This document shows, piece by piece, positions 38,843 to 52,320 of a stretch of 64,000 bases of DNA. Positions within the stretch are counted from its first letter, which is position 1, and each line of letters begins with the position of its first letter. Location of the stretch: positions 54,250,001 to 54,314,000 of the forward strand of contig OX597830.1 in assembly GCA_951406725.2 (NCBI GenBank), written 5' to 3'. Source of the stretch: Octopus vulgaris. Taxonomy: Eukaryota. The translations under genes were made by a program, and so were the position numbers. The notes under the pieces are model-generated. The model searched no databases, had not been told where the DNA came from, and saw only the letters and a program-made list of their open reading frames with translations.

Positions 38843-38959
38843 CTTTATTGACCACAAAGGGTTTACATTAAAAAAGCATTATGGGCAGTAGAGAACAAAA
38901 CAAAGAATATTTGTGTGTATGTGTGTGGGTTGTTGTTCTGAGGAGTTTGCGTATAGACA

Positions 38960-40140
38960 AGTTTAACATAATGAAAACAAGAAATTTAACAATGAATAAT
39001 TCTGAATATTGAAGAGATGTTCGAGGGCTGCTCATAGAAAAACCCCATAAAACCATGGATGCCCTGATTTCTAGGGCAGGTGCCTTTTCTCGGTTTCTCG
39101 TCTCCAATTACAGGCGTATGGTCAGTGCGTGTGCTCACTCGCACCGTTCTGGCCACTCTCATCCACATTTCAGAAAACTGGCTAGAAGGCAACACGTCCC
39201 TCTCGACACTTATTTTCCTCTTTAAGTGAAGCTCGAAGGAGTTATCCGGGATTGGTCAAAGAGAAAAGTGTTTGTCTTCAGCCCCTCTAGTGTTGTCCAT
39301 CATACAACCTCCTTTGCTATGGTCACCAGGCATATAAAGACAGCATGTCCCTCTCTGTTAAAGGAAAGCGGTGGGGCGATCTTCACAATGGATTTAGATG
39401 ACAGTCGGATCCGTCCCACATGCAGTAGCAAGTGTTCAACATAAACTCACAAGTCAGCAATGCTCGGGCACTGGATCATTGCATGTAGAACGGTTTCGTC
39501 GTCCTGCACGCATCTCGGACATGCTCGGCTGATGGCACTTCCATGCCTGCATGGTTTATGTCGAACAGGCAAATCTCCCCAGTAGCGCTTCCATACCAGA
39601 GATTTTTGAAAATTATCCATCGGTCCCGGATTGAAAGTTCTCTGGAACAGAACAGCTAGCTGAGCTCCGACGCCCAAGGTCTCCCCAAGAACGCACTTGC
39701 CCTACACTAATCCTCCATAGAAAGCTAAAGTAAACTTTCTACCTATAGGACTATCCGACCAGCTGAGGGCTGTAAGCACATGAAGACATTCCGGTTTCCA
39801 AATGCTTTCTCTCGTTCTCTTTGAGTCAGGACTGCAACTCCGTTAACGAGACCAGCTGGGGAAATACGTGTCTGGTGAACGGCGACCACACATGTTCTCC
39901 CTAAAGGAATCACTAAAGATGTTGTGACCTCTGTGCATTATCAACCACGACATGCCCAGGCCACAAAGCGGTGAGTGCTGGCAGCAGATAGACCGCCTGA
40001 CCATCGGAACGCATCTCTTCCGCAAGATGCAGAAGAGTATACGCTTCAAGGTAATCAAGCGGGCATCGGGACAAGTCATGACAGTTAAGTGGTAGTAGAT
40101 GATGGACGTGAGGTATGCGTTAGCCACTTCTGCCCGACCA
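38960..40140 (-). mobile_element. Tx1/L1-like LINE C-terminal fragment (zinc-binding region after RT)
   Basis: GRAEVANAYLTSIIYYHLTV...GGLG-like segment and a CPRCVQDDETVLHAMIQCP zinc knuckle, with frameshifts. Confidence 0.7.
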
Positions 40141-40504
40141 ATAGTATCAGTGGTACGGATTCCACTAGCACATGCATCACAACCACATGTGCACGACATG
40201 GTGATCTCATATCAAGATAAACAGCGCATGACCTTGCAGGTAGGGCCCAGTTAGAATTTTCTTCTGGTCGAGTAGCCCATCCCGCTCAAAAGGTCCCTGA
40301 ATAAGGATTAAGGATGTTGAACGAACCACCTATGTTTCCAAAGGCGAATTATCCAAACCTCTAAGAATTCCTTTCAAAGCACAGCTATGATGCTCCCCCA
40401 CTACTTCTGATCGTGATCAGAGATGCACATGTCGTCAGCCACTAAGGGACATGCTCAACTAGTTATGGTCAAACAATTGATAAGCAAATCTGTGGCATTG
40501 AGCA

Positions 40505-40611
<107 letters not shown>

Positions 40612-40679
40612 CATTATTATTATTATTGTTTTTGTTATTGTTGCTGTTGTTGTTGTTGTTGTTGTTGTTGTTTTCATAT

Positions 40680-42100
40680 GTTATTTCCTGTTCATATCTT
40701 ACGTTAGAAAGATATGAATTGTAGAAGTGAGAGTACGTATTGAAAATATCTTCATTCTCCGAAAGTTGTGTAATTCTACGTGAAACTCCTTTAGCTAAAG
40801 ATTTAATAACAGAGCGGGGTGGGTGATTGAAGAATTTGCTCACATATCTAGTGGCTTCATCTGGTTTCTGTAGCGATAGTAAAGTCCTGATTTTAGGTTT
40901 AACGAGACGTCAAAGAAGTTAACAACTTTAGTCCCTAGTTCAAAAATTAATTCGAAGCTAAAGTTACGGAATAATTTCCTAAATTTTTGCGAGTTCTTTC
41001 AAGTAGATATTTGCTATTTGTGGGTATGACAAAGAAAGCATCGTCCCTATATAGACCACCACGAAGATCCGGGAACTCGTTAGCCGGGCAATATAAAAGG
41101 CAGATTCGTACAATGTCGGTAACCTGTGCCGAATCACTCGACCCTATGGCTATATCACAATTGTCAGGGGTGTTGCTTCTCGTCCACAGTTTATCTTCAA
41201 ATTCGATTATAGTTGTAGCTAATAAAATAATTTCAATCTTATCTTTAGTAATGGGTGTGACACTTCAAGCAAAATTTAGAATTTTATTTAGGAGCATGAG
41301 GGATATACTTGAATAGTATGCATTAGTATCAAATTGAAGGAACGAATACTAATTTCTATTCTGTAATGACGTAAACCAGGTTAATACATCCTTGATGCTA
41401 GTCCATAAATTAAGTTTAATTTTAGGAGTAAGTTTAGGTATGATCTTATCTACGATAGACTTACTAGTAGGGCAAGTGTGTCTAACAGAAGGTTTATCGT
41501 GGAAGCATTCTTCGAGGTCTATCAGAGTAATTTGAGGTTCGCAGGGTGTGATGGGTCCAGTTCTATCAGATAGATTAAGGCGATCCATGATTTTCTTCAC
41601 CTTCGAGTTAATTGTTTTTAGGGTTCTGTCGTTCGTAACTTTGTACTTAGCCTTTAGCTCCTTGAGTATGAGGGATCTCTATGTGTTATAGTCGATCCTG
41701 TATAAGTTTCCAGTTTTGTCTGACGGTACAATCAATCTAGGTTCGAATTTTAGGCTTTTGATAAATTCCCTGAGTTTTTTGGTATAGGCCATTTTTAAAG
41801 TGGTGGTTCCTACATTTGACATTATAGATCATCTTGAAGATATCATTTTCGAATCCTTCTAGCAGTGGATTGGGTAGTGATTTTTTTCTGCTAGCGAATG
41901 TCGTATTCAATTTGCTGTTGTAGCTAATAGCTTTTGCTTTATGCTTAAGTTCCTTATGGCATGTCTTCCGTCTTATTCTACGCACAAGCTCATTGGTTCT
42001 ATGTATTAGCAGGCCCATGTACAAGTCTGGCTGTGGATGGAGATATCCTTAATTGGAAAATTTACTAAGATCTTACTCATTTCGTTGAAAATTCAAGTAC
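40680..42100 (-). mobile_element. Degenerate Penelope-like element RT (Naiad-like motifs)
   Basis: LNLWTSIKDVLTWF, FLQFD, AMGSSDSAQVTDIV, GLYRDDAF, VNFFDVSLNL and NHPPRSVIKSL..VSRRITQLSENEDIF. An inverted repeat pairs about 42145-42215 with about 43530-43605 upstream. Confidence 0.75.
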
Positions 42101-44279
42101 AGTAATCGTCCTTATATTGGTTGTGAGACGTATCAGATAAATAGTAAGATGAGGAATCAGGTAAAATCAGGTACTTGAAAAGGTATGCACCAGGTAGGAT
42201 TGAGTAGTCTCTGTGGACAATAGTCGCGGTAAGAGGCCTGTCGATCTACCCATTCGTTTCTGAGTCATCCTAGTCTCGTTTTCCCTTTACCAATACCTTT
42301 TAACCGCTCTTACTATACTTGCATGGTATGCTATATTGAAGGGGGTAATCATTCTATCTGTGCTGTACCTGGTATTATGCAATGGCGATGACAATGAAAC
42401 TTAACCGCTAGTGGCAGCCTGCACGCCCCAGCCGGTTTTTTTGTTATCTCTACTAAGGATGCACTCCTTACACCAACACAGTTTTCTGAGCAACGCTTGT
42501 TATACAGTAGATAGAACACACGATCCAATCTTGGTATCATCGCCACCCGTTTAATATTCCATATTGTTAATTATTAGACTACTCCCTACTACCGGCTTCG
42601 CGGCATATCCGATCTGCTACTTCCTTTCATTCCGTACTAGGTGTAGTTCATTGTATAACCCCACCCTTTAAAAAATTCTTTAGACTCCTTATTGACAGGC
42701 AGCACTCTACTATAACTTCAATTCCATAAAAGTTAAATCTTTTATTTGATGGCCTTCGTACCCGACCCTGCTTTCAACCAATATCCACTGAATACCCCCA
42801 AGTTTCTGTGTACCCCTGGTCATTTACCATTAGCTAGAGATTCCTTTACCCCGACCTATACTTGATTGGCTTGCATGCTTTTAGTTTTATTTTAAAAAAA
42901 AAATTTCCTTATCTCTTACGTTTGATTTATTTATCATTTCTTTTTTCCTTATCCTTAATTATTTTATGACCTCTCTTTACTTTCCACCGTTCTAAGTCTA
43001 CTATAATAAATCATCTCCTACACTCCCCTCCATTCTACCTATGATGTAGTCTAACACACTCCTCCGCCCGAGTCACTGACCTTAAATATCATATTATACA
43101 CTTTCATGAACTATATTCTTAACCTAAAAGGCCAATATAGTTGGCCATTCTCTCATTTCGTAGTTGGCCTCGACAGACTCTAGCCACCTCCCTGCTGTAT
43201 TCTTGGGATATTCTTTTGTTTTGTAAAATTATTTCTTATCTTCTACAATGCAGTAATGTTCTCATTCTTCTATTAAAAAGATACGCAAGAAACAACTGCA
43301 ATGGGCTGACAATTATCCATCGTGTGTTATTAGTCATTTGATTTATAATACACCAAGAGAATTCACGACTTGTCGGATACCCTAGTGTATACCAACAGCA
43401 TACTATTCAATGCACCGCGTGATTTGGATCAGCTCCTTAGACGCTAAATACTCATTGGGCTGGTTTTCTCTTTGTATGCAACCGAAATATCCTACCTGAT
43501 AATTCGACTATCACCAACCACTGGCCGGAGCCACAGAGATTACCCAGTCCTACCTGGTGGCATACCTTTTCAAGTATCCGATTTTACCTGGATCCTCATC
43601 TTACTATATATATGTATCTATATACATATACATAATTGTATTATGTTATAACTTTTGACCTACTCTTCAAAGCATTCCATTGCGGGTTGAAATGTCAGCT
43701 CTGTTACAACTAGCATATAGCCCCATATATATTCATAGACATTTAACGTGTTCTGCAGATGAATATGTGTGGATTGCTTTAAGGAAGCAATGACCGTAGA
43801 TAAATACGGATTCAGAGAAATAATGTAATTAAAAATGCAATATATTTAAAAGATAATAAAATATTAAAATAAAAAGTAAAATAAGAAAAAACAATTTCAT
43901 CACTTTGCATTTCAAAAATGATTTACTTCCAAATTAGAAATAAAAAAAGTTAAACATCCCGTAGTTTTTTTTTATTAAACAAACTGAAAATAAGTATATT
44001 CGTAAATAAACAAGGAGAATGGAAAATATGGCGAAAAAAAGGTAAAAAGAAAAAAAAGATTAGCAATCGAAAGAAGAGGGCTAGTTTGTTAAGTACAAAC
44101 TATTAGTTGCAACAGAAGTATTTAGATACATTGTAAGGAAACTGGTTTAATATGTTGGAATTTCACGCACGGCTGATTTCGAAATGACAGAAAAGTTACT
44201 CTAAGAACATTGATAATGGCACCAACATACACACTTATACACTTCATAGGAATAGTGTACCTCCTCTTATACGAGCAAA

Positions 44280-44640
44280 TACCTATTTCTTTACTAACCA
44301 CAAGGGGCTAAACACAGAGGGGATAAACAAGGACAGACAAAGAGATTAAGTCGATTACATCGACTTCAGTGCGTAACTGGTACTTAATTTATCGACCCTA
44401 AAAGGATGAAAGGCAAAGTCGACCTCGGTGGAATTTGAACTCAGAACGTAACGGCAGACGAAATACCTATTTCCTATTTTTTTACTACCCCCAAGGGGCT
44501 AAACACAGAGGGGATAAACAAGGACAGACAAAGAGATTAAGTCGATTACATCGACTTCAGTGCGTAACTGGTACTTAATTTATCGACCCCAAAAGGATGA
44601 AAGGCAAAGTCGACCTCGGCGGAATTTGCCCGGTTGTGCT
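44280..44640 (-). mobile_element. SINE family B (two tandem units)
   Basis: Two units, reverse-complement to 56103-56840. Confidence 0.8.
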
Positions 44641-45097
44641 GAGTGAATAAGATTAACAAACAGATTAGATTAGTGGTGGTATTCTTTCGATTATAAAAGT
44701 TTGAAAGAAAAATTAAGTTTTAAATACAAATTGAAGATAACAGGTTTTTAGTCAGGGTGGAAAAAAATTGACTCGCTTAACTTTACAAGTGTTCGGAGAT
44801 ATAGGGGCGGAGCTGCTTCGTGGGTGTGAATTTGCTTCTCAGAAAACTTAGACGGTTAGAAGACATGAATTATTTGAAAGTCCTTGTGGCGCCGGCAAAT
44901 AGAGGAGTAGGACATTTGTGCTCACGTGTATAAAATACAATTTTGACGTTAGTTATGGAGTTGGGATTAGATGGTAACTCTAACTGAAGGAGTAATAAAA
45001 CACACACAGCAGATGTCCTAATACACCAGTGCTAGCGGATATTAATGAGATTGTAAGTTAGAAATTCAGTTCTATATTTAAGAGATGAGGAATTATG

Positions 45098-45236
45098 TAC
45101 ATTATTTACATTTGACGGATATTTGTCCACATCTTGTTTGTTGTTAACACAATTTTTCGGCTGATATTCCCTCCAGCCTTCATCAGGTGTCTTGGGGAAA
45201 TTTCGAACCTGGGTTCTCATCCCTAAGGTATTTTTC

Positions 45237-45329
<93 letters not shown>

Positions 45330-45450
45330 ATTACTATTATTATTATTATTATTATTATTCAGGTAACTGCCTGGAATCGAACTCGGAATCTTGGGGTTAG
45401 TAGCCGCGCTCTTAACCACTACATCATATGCCCACGGGTATATGGCGTAG

Positions 45451-45520
<70 letters not shown>

Positions 45521-45660
45521 GAAAAATACCTTAGGAATGAGAACCCAGGTTCGAAATTTCCCCAAGACACCTGACGAAGGCTGGAGGGTATATCAGCCGA
45601 AATGTTGTGTTAACAACAAACAAGATGAGGAAAAATATCCGTCAAATGTAAATAATGTAA
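45098..45660. mobile_element. Head-to-head pair of tRNA-headed, (AAT)n-containing, hammerhead-tailed SINE-like elements
   Basis: Arms 45098-45240 and 45517-45660 are reverse complements. The centre (45360-45452) holds a minus-strand tRNA-like head plus a truncated plus-strand head. Confidence 0.7.
45567..45610 (+). ncRNA. Minimal hammerhead-like motif, degenerate at stem III (inverted copy at 45147-45190)
   Basis: ACAC CUGACGA a GGCUG gaggguauau CAGCC GAAA uGUU GUGU. The inverted copy reads CUGAUGA a GGCUG..CAGCC GAAA aaUU GUGU. Confidence 0.55.
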
Positions 45661-45893
45661 ATAATTTAAATAATGTTAGAAATTCAGGTTGGAAAATTAA
45701 GTGCGTTTATAGTGGAGGAAGTGAAATAACATAGTAGTTAATGGGGGAGGCTTGCATTTACGATCATCAAGTCGTGGTTTCGACTCCCGGAACGGGTGGT
45801 GTGCTGCGTTCTTCAACAAAAACTTTATTTCACCTCGCTCCAGTTCACTCAGTAAATGAGTAACGCTGCGATGGATAAGTGTCACATTCAGGT

Positions 45894-46150
45894 AGAATGT
45901 TGCAATCACATACGTTCAGGAATGTTGTGATCTCATACGTCTAGGAATGTTACAATCACATACGTCCAGGAATGTTGCAATCACATACGTCCAGGAATGT
46001 TGCAATCACATACGCCCAGGAATGTTGCGATCACATACGCCCAGGAATGTTGCAATCACATACGTCCAGGAATGTTGCAATCACATACGTCCAGGAATGT
46101 TGCAATCACATACGCCCAGGAATGTTGCGATCACATGCGTCTAGGAATGC
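45894..46150. repeat. 25-bp minisatellite, about 10 copies, following a tRNA-SINE head fragment (about 45727-45890)
   Basis: Unit GGAATGTTGCAATCACATACGTCCA, head-to-tail with no spacers. Confidence 0.9.
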
Positions 46151-47029
46151 GGGGAACCAGCCTGATAAATCCTAAGGGTTTAGACATAAATATAGATACA
46201 AAATTGGGGAAGAGGATAAAAAGATTCATTGAGTGTTGTGTATTCCAAAGGTACCTAATCACAAAATAGATTTCTTGTTGGGTGCAGGATGTGCGTCAGT
46301 AAAGAAGCAACTATTTTAGTTAAGTAAGTGTTGACTGTGAGTTAAGGTCTGCATTCTAAAAAGAGTTTAGGTATGCAAGTTTATTTTGGCGTATTAGATA
46401 CGGCAGGGAGTTAAGGTGATTATGTTTATGTTGTGCTTTTTAAAGTTCAAGTTTCCCAAACTTGAAACTGATCCGTGTTATGCATGTTTATGACATTTCC
46501 AGGAACGGAAACGAGTTGGGAAGATTCTAGAATGAAATCAATTCATCTCATTAGCATTGACCATGATACCGAGAAAAGCATGAATCTCACAACATAAAAA
46601 TTAAGCCAGTTCCACAGTCTTCTAAGTAAATTGTCTTATATTTAAATTGATTAATTCTTTCTTTGAATTCGCATTGACCATTATTTCTCCCAAAGAACAG
46701 TGAATAATAATGTTTGTTATATGAGGGTTTAATTAATTCCAATTCTGGGCTACATACAATGGAGAATAAATTGGAAATCGCTAACGTAAGGGATTATAGA
46801 GGGAAATAATATATTTGATATTTTGTCGAATACAGTGTGTTACATGCAAGAAAATGAGTAAAAAGTAGGTGCGGGTGCAGAGAAAGCAAAAGCTAAACCC
46901 AAGGATGTTTTTAGTGCAAAAATACAGAATATATGTGTATATGCCAGTATACACTTGCATTCGCGCAGATATAAAATAAACCAATGATATATTGTGGTTT
47001 AAAGCTGAAAGTTTCAGATGAAATTCGGC

Positions 47030-47123
<94 letters not shown>

Positions 47124-47263
47124 GTATGTACATATGTATGTATGCATATATATATGTGTGGGTGTGTATGTGTGTGTGTGCATATATGTATGTGTTTATA
47201 TATATGTTTGTATATACGTATGGATGTATATATAAGTATATAGATATGTATATATATGTATAT

Positions 47264-47300
<37 letters not shown>

Positions 47301-47478
47301 CGTACAAATATACATACATACATGCACACATACATATATGCGTGCATACAGACACACACATATGACGTGCACACATACATACAGACAGACATACATACAA
47401 TCCTCCTAATGTATTACTGAACAGATTTACCCTTCTATATCAAAGGATATAATGTTAGTTTAATATCACTTCATAAGA

Positions 47479-48399
47479 TTAATTTATTTCAGTTAACTCG
47501 TGTGGTCGATGATCTTTAGATTTTGCGTAGTTCCTTGAACATAAATTCCGAATACTTTGTCTTATAGTGGTATCAAAAAGCCACAGAAACGGCAAAAGCA
47601 GGAAGATGGCAATATTTATAGCCCGATAAATGATGACTAAAGTAGTATACGTGAGTCCCACAAATCCAGCACCAATAACATAGTTTAGAAAGAACAAAGT
47701 TATAATCACTGCAGTAATAATAATCATAGTTTTCACTTGTGATTTCATCATCTCTTCTTCTTTGCTCTTGATGGCAATGTAGATCAGCAAGCCTACAAAC
47801 ACTAACATTGCAATCATCAACAGAATTTCCATTATAAATTGAGCCTGAATGGCACTGCTATCTAAGTGAATATAGCAGATATTCGAACGATGGTATGAAA
47901 AAGCTAGAAACATTACCAAAGCTTTGATACTTATAAAGACCCACAAGGTCCCTATCAATACGGATTGGATAATTAGGAAAATTTGATTTTCGTATCTGCT
48001 TGGGCTAAAATACTTCACGATAAACTCGCAGCAAAGAGGTATAAGGAAATACTTAACACCATCGTTAAACGCGTAAGATAATATAACGATAAATAGGCAA
48101 TGAGATTTTGGCAAATCTTGAACTATAAAGATATGCAAACTCTGGAAATAAGCAAACACAGCACCGAGAGCATAGTTCAGCAAATAGTTCAGTAGTGACA
48201 AAGAGCGCCTTTTCCCGTGAGATTTACGATCTAGGAAAATGGCGACCATTAGAAATAAGTCGAACAGGACAACGATGATAATCGATATACAGAAAACTAT
48301 ATTCAACCATCCAGCTGCATCATTTCCGAAGACTCTGTACTCGTACTCGAGTTCGAGTTCGTATTCGTATTCGTAGCTGTAATTAGTCACCACTTCCAT
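47479..48399 (-). CDS. Orphan 7-TM class A-like GPCR, paralog 4 (306 aa)
   Basis: Intact ORF with the same motif set (PLCCEFIVKYFSPSRY, LLPFLWLFDTTIRQSI, HELTEIN). Its 5' and 3' flanks are homologous to those of paralog 3. Confidence 0.92.
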   Translation of the reverse strand: MEVVTNYSYEYEYELELEYEYRVFGNDAAGWLNIVFCISIIIVVLFDLFLMVAIFLDRKSHGKRRSLSLLNYLLNYALGAVFAYFQSLHIFIVQDLPKSHCLFIVILSYAFNDGVKYFLIPLCCEFIVKYFSPSRYENQIFLIIQSVLIGTLWVFISIKALVMFLAFSYHRSNICYIHLDSSAIQAQFIMEILLMIAMLVFVGLLIYIAIKSKEEEMMKSQVKTMIIITAVIITLFFLNYVIGAGFVGLTYTTLVIIYRAINIAIFLLLPFLWLFDTTIRQSIRNLCSRNYAKSKDHRPHELTEIN

Positions 48400-48432
48400 T
48401 TTGCTTTTTAGGTAGTTAAAATCGCCACAAGT

Positions 48433-48461
48433 CTGAAATAGAGACAGTAAAAGAAATGAAG
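48433..48461 (-). promoter_or_regulatory. Putative 3' splice acceptor (paralog 4)
   Basis: Minus strand reads cttcatttcttttactgtctctatttcAG, 33 nt before the ATG. Confidence 0.7.
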
Positions 48462-49361
48462 ATACTGACCAGTTAAATTCTATATCTTTATATACTTACA
48501 ATGGTAATTGAATTATTATAATAATTATTTACAATGGTAATTGAATTATTATAATAATTATTTAATAGAGTAAAACACTGATAGATAGTAATTAGCAAGA
48601 ATTAGTTATCGACGGATTAAAGTAAAGATCTGTTCTTGCTATAACTATGTGTGTGTTAGTCTAACCGCAAAACGTACATTGTAAATAATCTTAAGTACAA
48701 TTTATAGTCTCGTGTAACCAAATTTTGTTCTCTTAGAATCTGATATATCAGAAAAGTGGATCAACGAAATGAAAATAGAGTGAAAAACTCCTCAGTTGAA
48801 CACACTTTATCTACAACCCCCAAATTCTAGTAAACAAAGCATAACATTGACTCTTATATTGTAGATTTCCTTGTCGGCTAGTCGAAGTAAATGACTTTTG
48901 GATTAAAAGGGATAGAGACTGATAAAATCTCTACGGCACAGTTTAGAGTTTCGCAAGAAGAAAAGTAAGATTTTTTTGATGTCTCTGGCTTTCAGAAAAG
49001 TAAACATAATACAGATGGAACAGGAAAGTTCTTTGTTAAGTACAATTTACGAGGCAAATAATTTCACCACATGCGTATCTAAAACTTATCCAGACAAGGG
49101 GGTTGAACTTAAAAATAACTTAAAAGCCATCGCTACTCGAAAACAGGCAATGAACTGGTACCACCAGAAAATCTTTTGAACATAGTAAGAAGCTTTACAC
49201 AAAGTTTCAAATATCTTTAAACAAAAATTAATCCTTATGTGCATTATTGTGTTGTTGGAGAAAGCGTAAAACGTTTATGATTTGAAGAAAATGACATGCA
49301 GTATAACGTTATCGTATAAAATTATTATTTACCCCACCTTCCTACACACACACACACACAC

Positions 49362-49393
<32 letters not shown>

Positions 49394-50901
49394 CCAAAGG
49401 GTAAGTCTGGTTCCAAAATATATAATGTCTTACAGATAGAAGTTAAATAAATTGCCACTCCCCTAATTAGCATTGTGATCTTTAATAAGCGGTGTTTAAT
49501 AAGTGACATGGATGTGACAAAATATTCTACAAAAAAGTTTATTTAGTCACTCTCCCAACAAGCATTTATCTTAAAGACGACAAACTTAATTATCCTTGTT
49601 ATCTCAAATGCTGGGTGATCAGTCCCCGAACAACCGAATTGCGTATAGTTCACAAGGATATTCTATCGAACATTATTTATGGAACGATGCTACGTAACGT
49701 GAGCCTCAAGACTCCTCACAGGCACCATCTCCAAAGCATACAATAAAACCCATAATTCTACCTACATTTCCACAAACACAGAAACAAAGGAGCTAGCTAC
49801 CCGCCTTAATACAGAGAATCGCATGGACTACCTCGGTAAGCGACCCCCACCCACCCGTATATTACACCATTTCTTCTCCAATCCCAAATGCATGTTGATC
49901 AACCCCTCCAATAGCGAGATAAGTATCATTAGCAAGAGTATCTTTGATATGGATTCAGCAGCCATTTTTCGTTCATCATCACTGTATTTAAGACTCGACT
50001 ACTACCAGATGATCTAGCTAAGATAATGAGCGAAATGTCATTTATGTACCCTGAAACCATGCTGTGTTACCTCCCAAAGTTTGCTTTCCTGCCATGTGAT
50101 AAAGATTACAAATAAAATAGTTATTTCCCTCTTTAAGAAGAGGGCTGTCCGCCCTTTTCTCCTTTTTCTTCCCTTAATCATTAATACAACTTTCGTGTCC
50201 CGCAGACCGAAAGAAAGAAATTCTCCTTATATATTTATGAGATATTTTTGGAATCACGGGTACTTGATATTTTTTTCCTTAAAGGGGAAAAAATTACCAT
50301 TTTATTCAAAATAAAATATTAATCTTATCTTAATAAAAAGGCAGAAAAAACAGCTGTTTCCAGGATATTTATTATATCCCTTCATCGGAGACGGTGTGAG
50401 AGGATGGTTAAGAAATAGTTGATTAAGATAAGATATAAAATAAAGAGTGAGGTGGAGTAAATAAAAGAAAATAGATGTGAGATATGCAGGGATATTGCAT
50501 TTGTAGATCCATTTTTTTAGGCAGAATGGTATACATATATTTATTTATTTATTTACAATGGGCAAAAACATTTCACCTAAACCTGGAGTTTCTACCTTTA
50601 TAAGTAGGCTGTTACATCCTTGGTACCTATGCAGCACGGAGTTTTGTCAGTGAACAGGTCGCGGTCTCAAAGCGACGAAAATATTTTGACAAATTAAATT
50701 TAAATGTTGAAGTGAATCTAACGGTTTTTGTATGCTTCTTAAATGACTTATAAACACCTTCCACGCTGCAATTGTTTTCGTTCCAGCACACGATCTCAGA
50801 TCAAGTCACTTGCTATGCAAGTACATCTCCGTGACTATTTATTTATTTTTTCCATGTTATTTGTAAACATTGAAAAAAAACACATACATGCATCATACAC
50901 A

Positions 50902-50970
<69 letters not shown>

Positions 50971-52228
50971 TATATATGGGTACATATATGAAATTAAAAT
51001 TCAATACATGGAAAAACATTTTCCGTAATAGAGATGGAAATCATCCAATTTTTCACTGGTTTGGCAATATGGCAGAGATTAAAAACGCTTTCACAACTCA
51101 AATGGGCATATATTCAACATACAAAAATTAAAAGAAAACGGAGAGTAACGACTGACATATTTTAATTTACTAACATATATTACTATTATAATATAATATA
51201 ACATGAATACGAATATTAATCCTACAAATTGTTTCGATTAAGACCCAATAATGAATTTATAAAAAAAATCCATGTTTATGGGTAAAAATCTCATTTGACA
51301 AAATTTGACAAAAATTACATGAGGGTTGTTAGATCCTAGAATAGACTGAATTAAACTTGCTTATGTTTGTAAGCATGAGTGTCAATAATTTAAAAATTAA
51401 AAAAAATAGATATATAATAAAAATATATAATAAAAATAAAAAATAAAAATAAATAAAACAATTAATATAACGGTTATAAACTATGTTTGTACACTTAAAA
51501 ATATTAATCTAAATATATTTCTGCGCATCATTTATTTATCTAAAAAAAAACCTAAATAATATGCTAAGAATTTATGGCGAAGTAGAAAATATTTTCCATA
51601 CTATTTGGTAAAATGCATGTTATTCAGACAATATATTCTGAAAAATTCGTTAATCTCACAAAAACAACGTGCTATTAATCATGGCTAAAAAAAAAAAAAA
51701 AAATTAAAGTACTTCATTGCCAATAGGTTAACACTAAATAATATTATAAATTACACTGTATTCATTATTTATAATAACTTATACTAGAAATGCAATCAAA
51801 ATTAAAAATTACGTAGTTTTATTAAGAAATCATAAATACATATCATATAATAACATTATCATATTATAATAGCATAAATTTTCTAAAGTCATTAAAAATT
51901 TTAGTCAACTATTTATTCATTCAAAAGTTTTTTTATTCTAAATACACCGATATTAATTTTATAAACTTATGATTATTTATTACCTATACTAATTTGTACA
52001 TAAAGAAATAAATGAATTATAAAAAATATATAGATATAGGCGTATGTGTGTGTTTTAATAATTAAACCAGAGAAATTATAAAAAAGAATAACACAGCTCG
52101 GTAGTTTGTATATATACTTGCTATATACATGCATGTGTATCATATAGCCATCATACATGTAATGAATGACTAACTATAAGTAGTCCTATAATTCTAATGC
52201 CTCTAACTTCCATTTACGTGCAGCTTTA

Positions 52229-52272
<44 letters not shown>

Positions 52273-52320
52273 TAAGAAAGTTGGTTTGTGAAAGCACGTG
52301 GTTGAATATATAGAAAATAG

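Noticed and set aside
38229-38891. 216-aa Asp/Asn-rich ORF resembling an acidic biomineralisation protein
   Set aside because: It is entirely a (GAT)n/(AAT)n compound microsatellite, open in several frames on both strands, with no signal peptide or splice context.
45894-46150. 25-bp repeat array as a CRISPR array
   Set aside because: The units are head-to-tail without unique spacers, the context is eukaryotic, and there are no cas genes.
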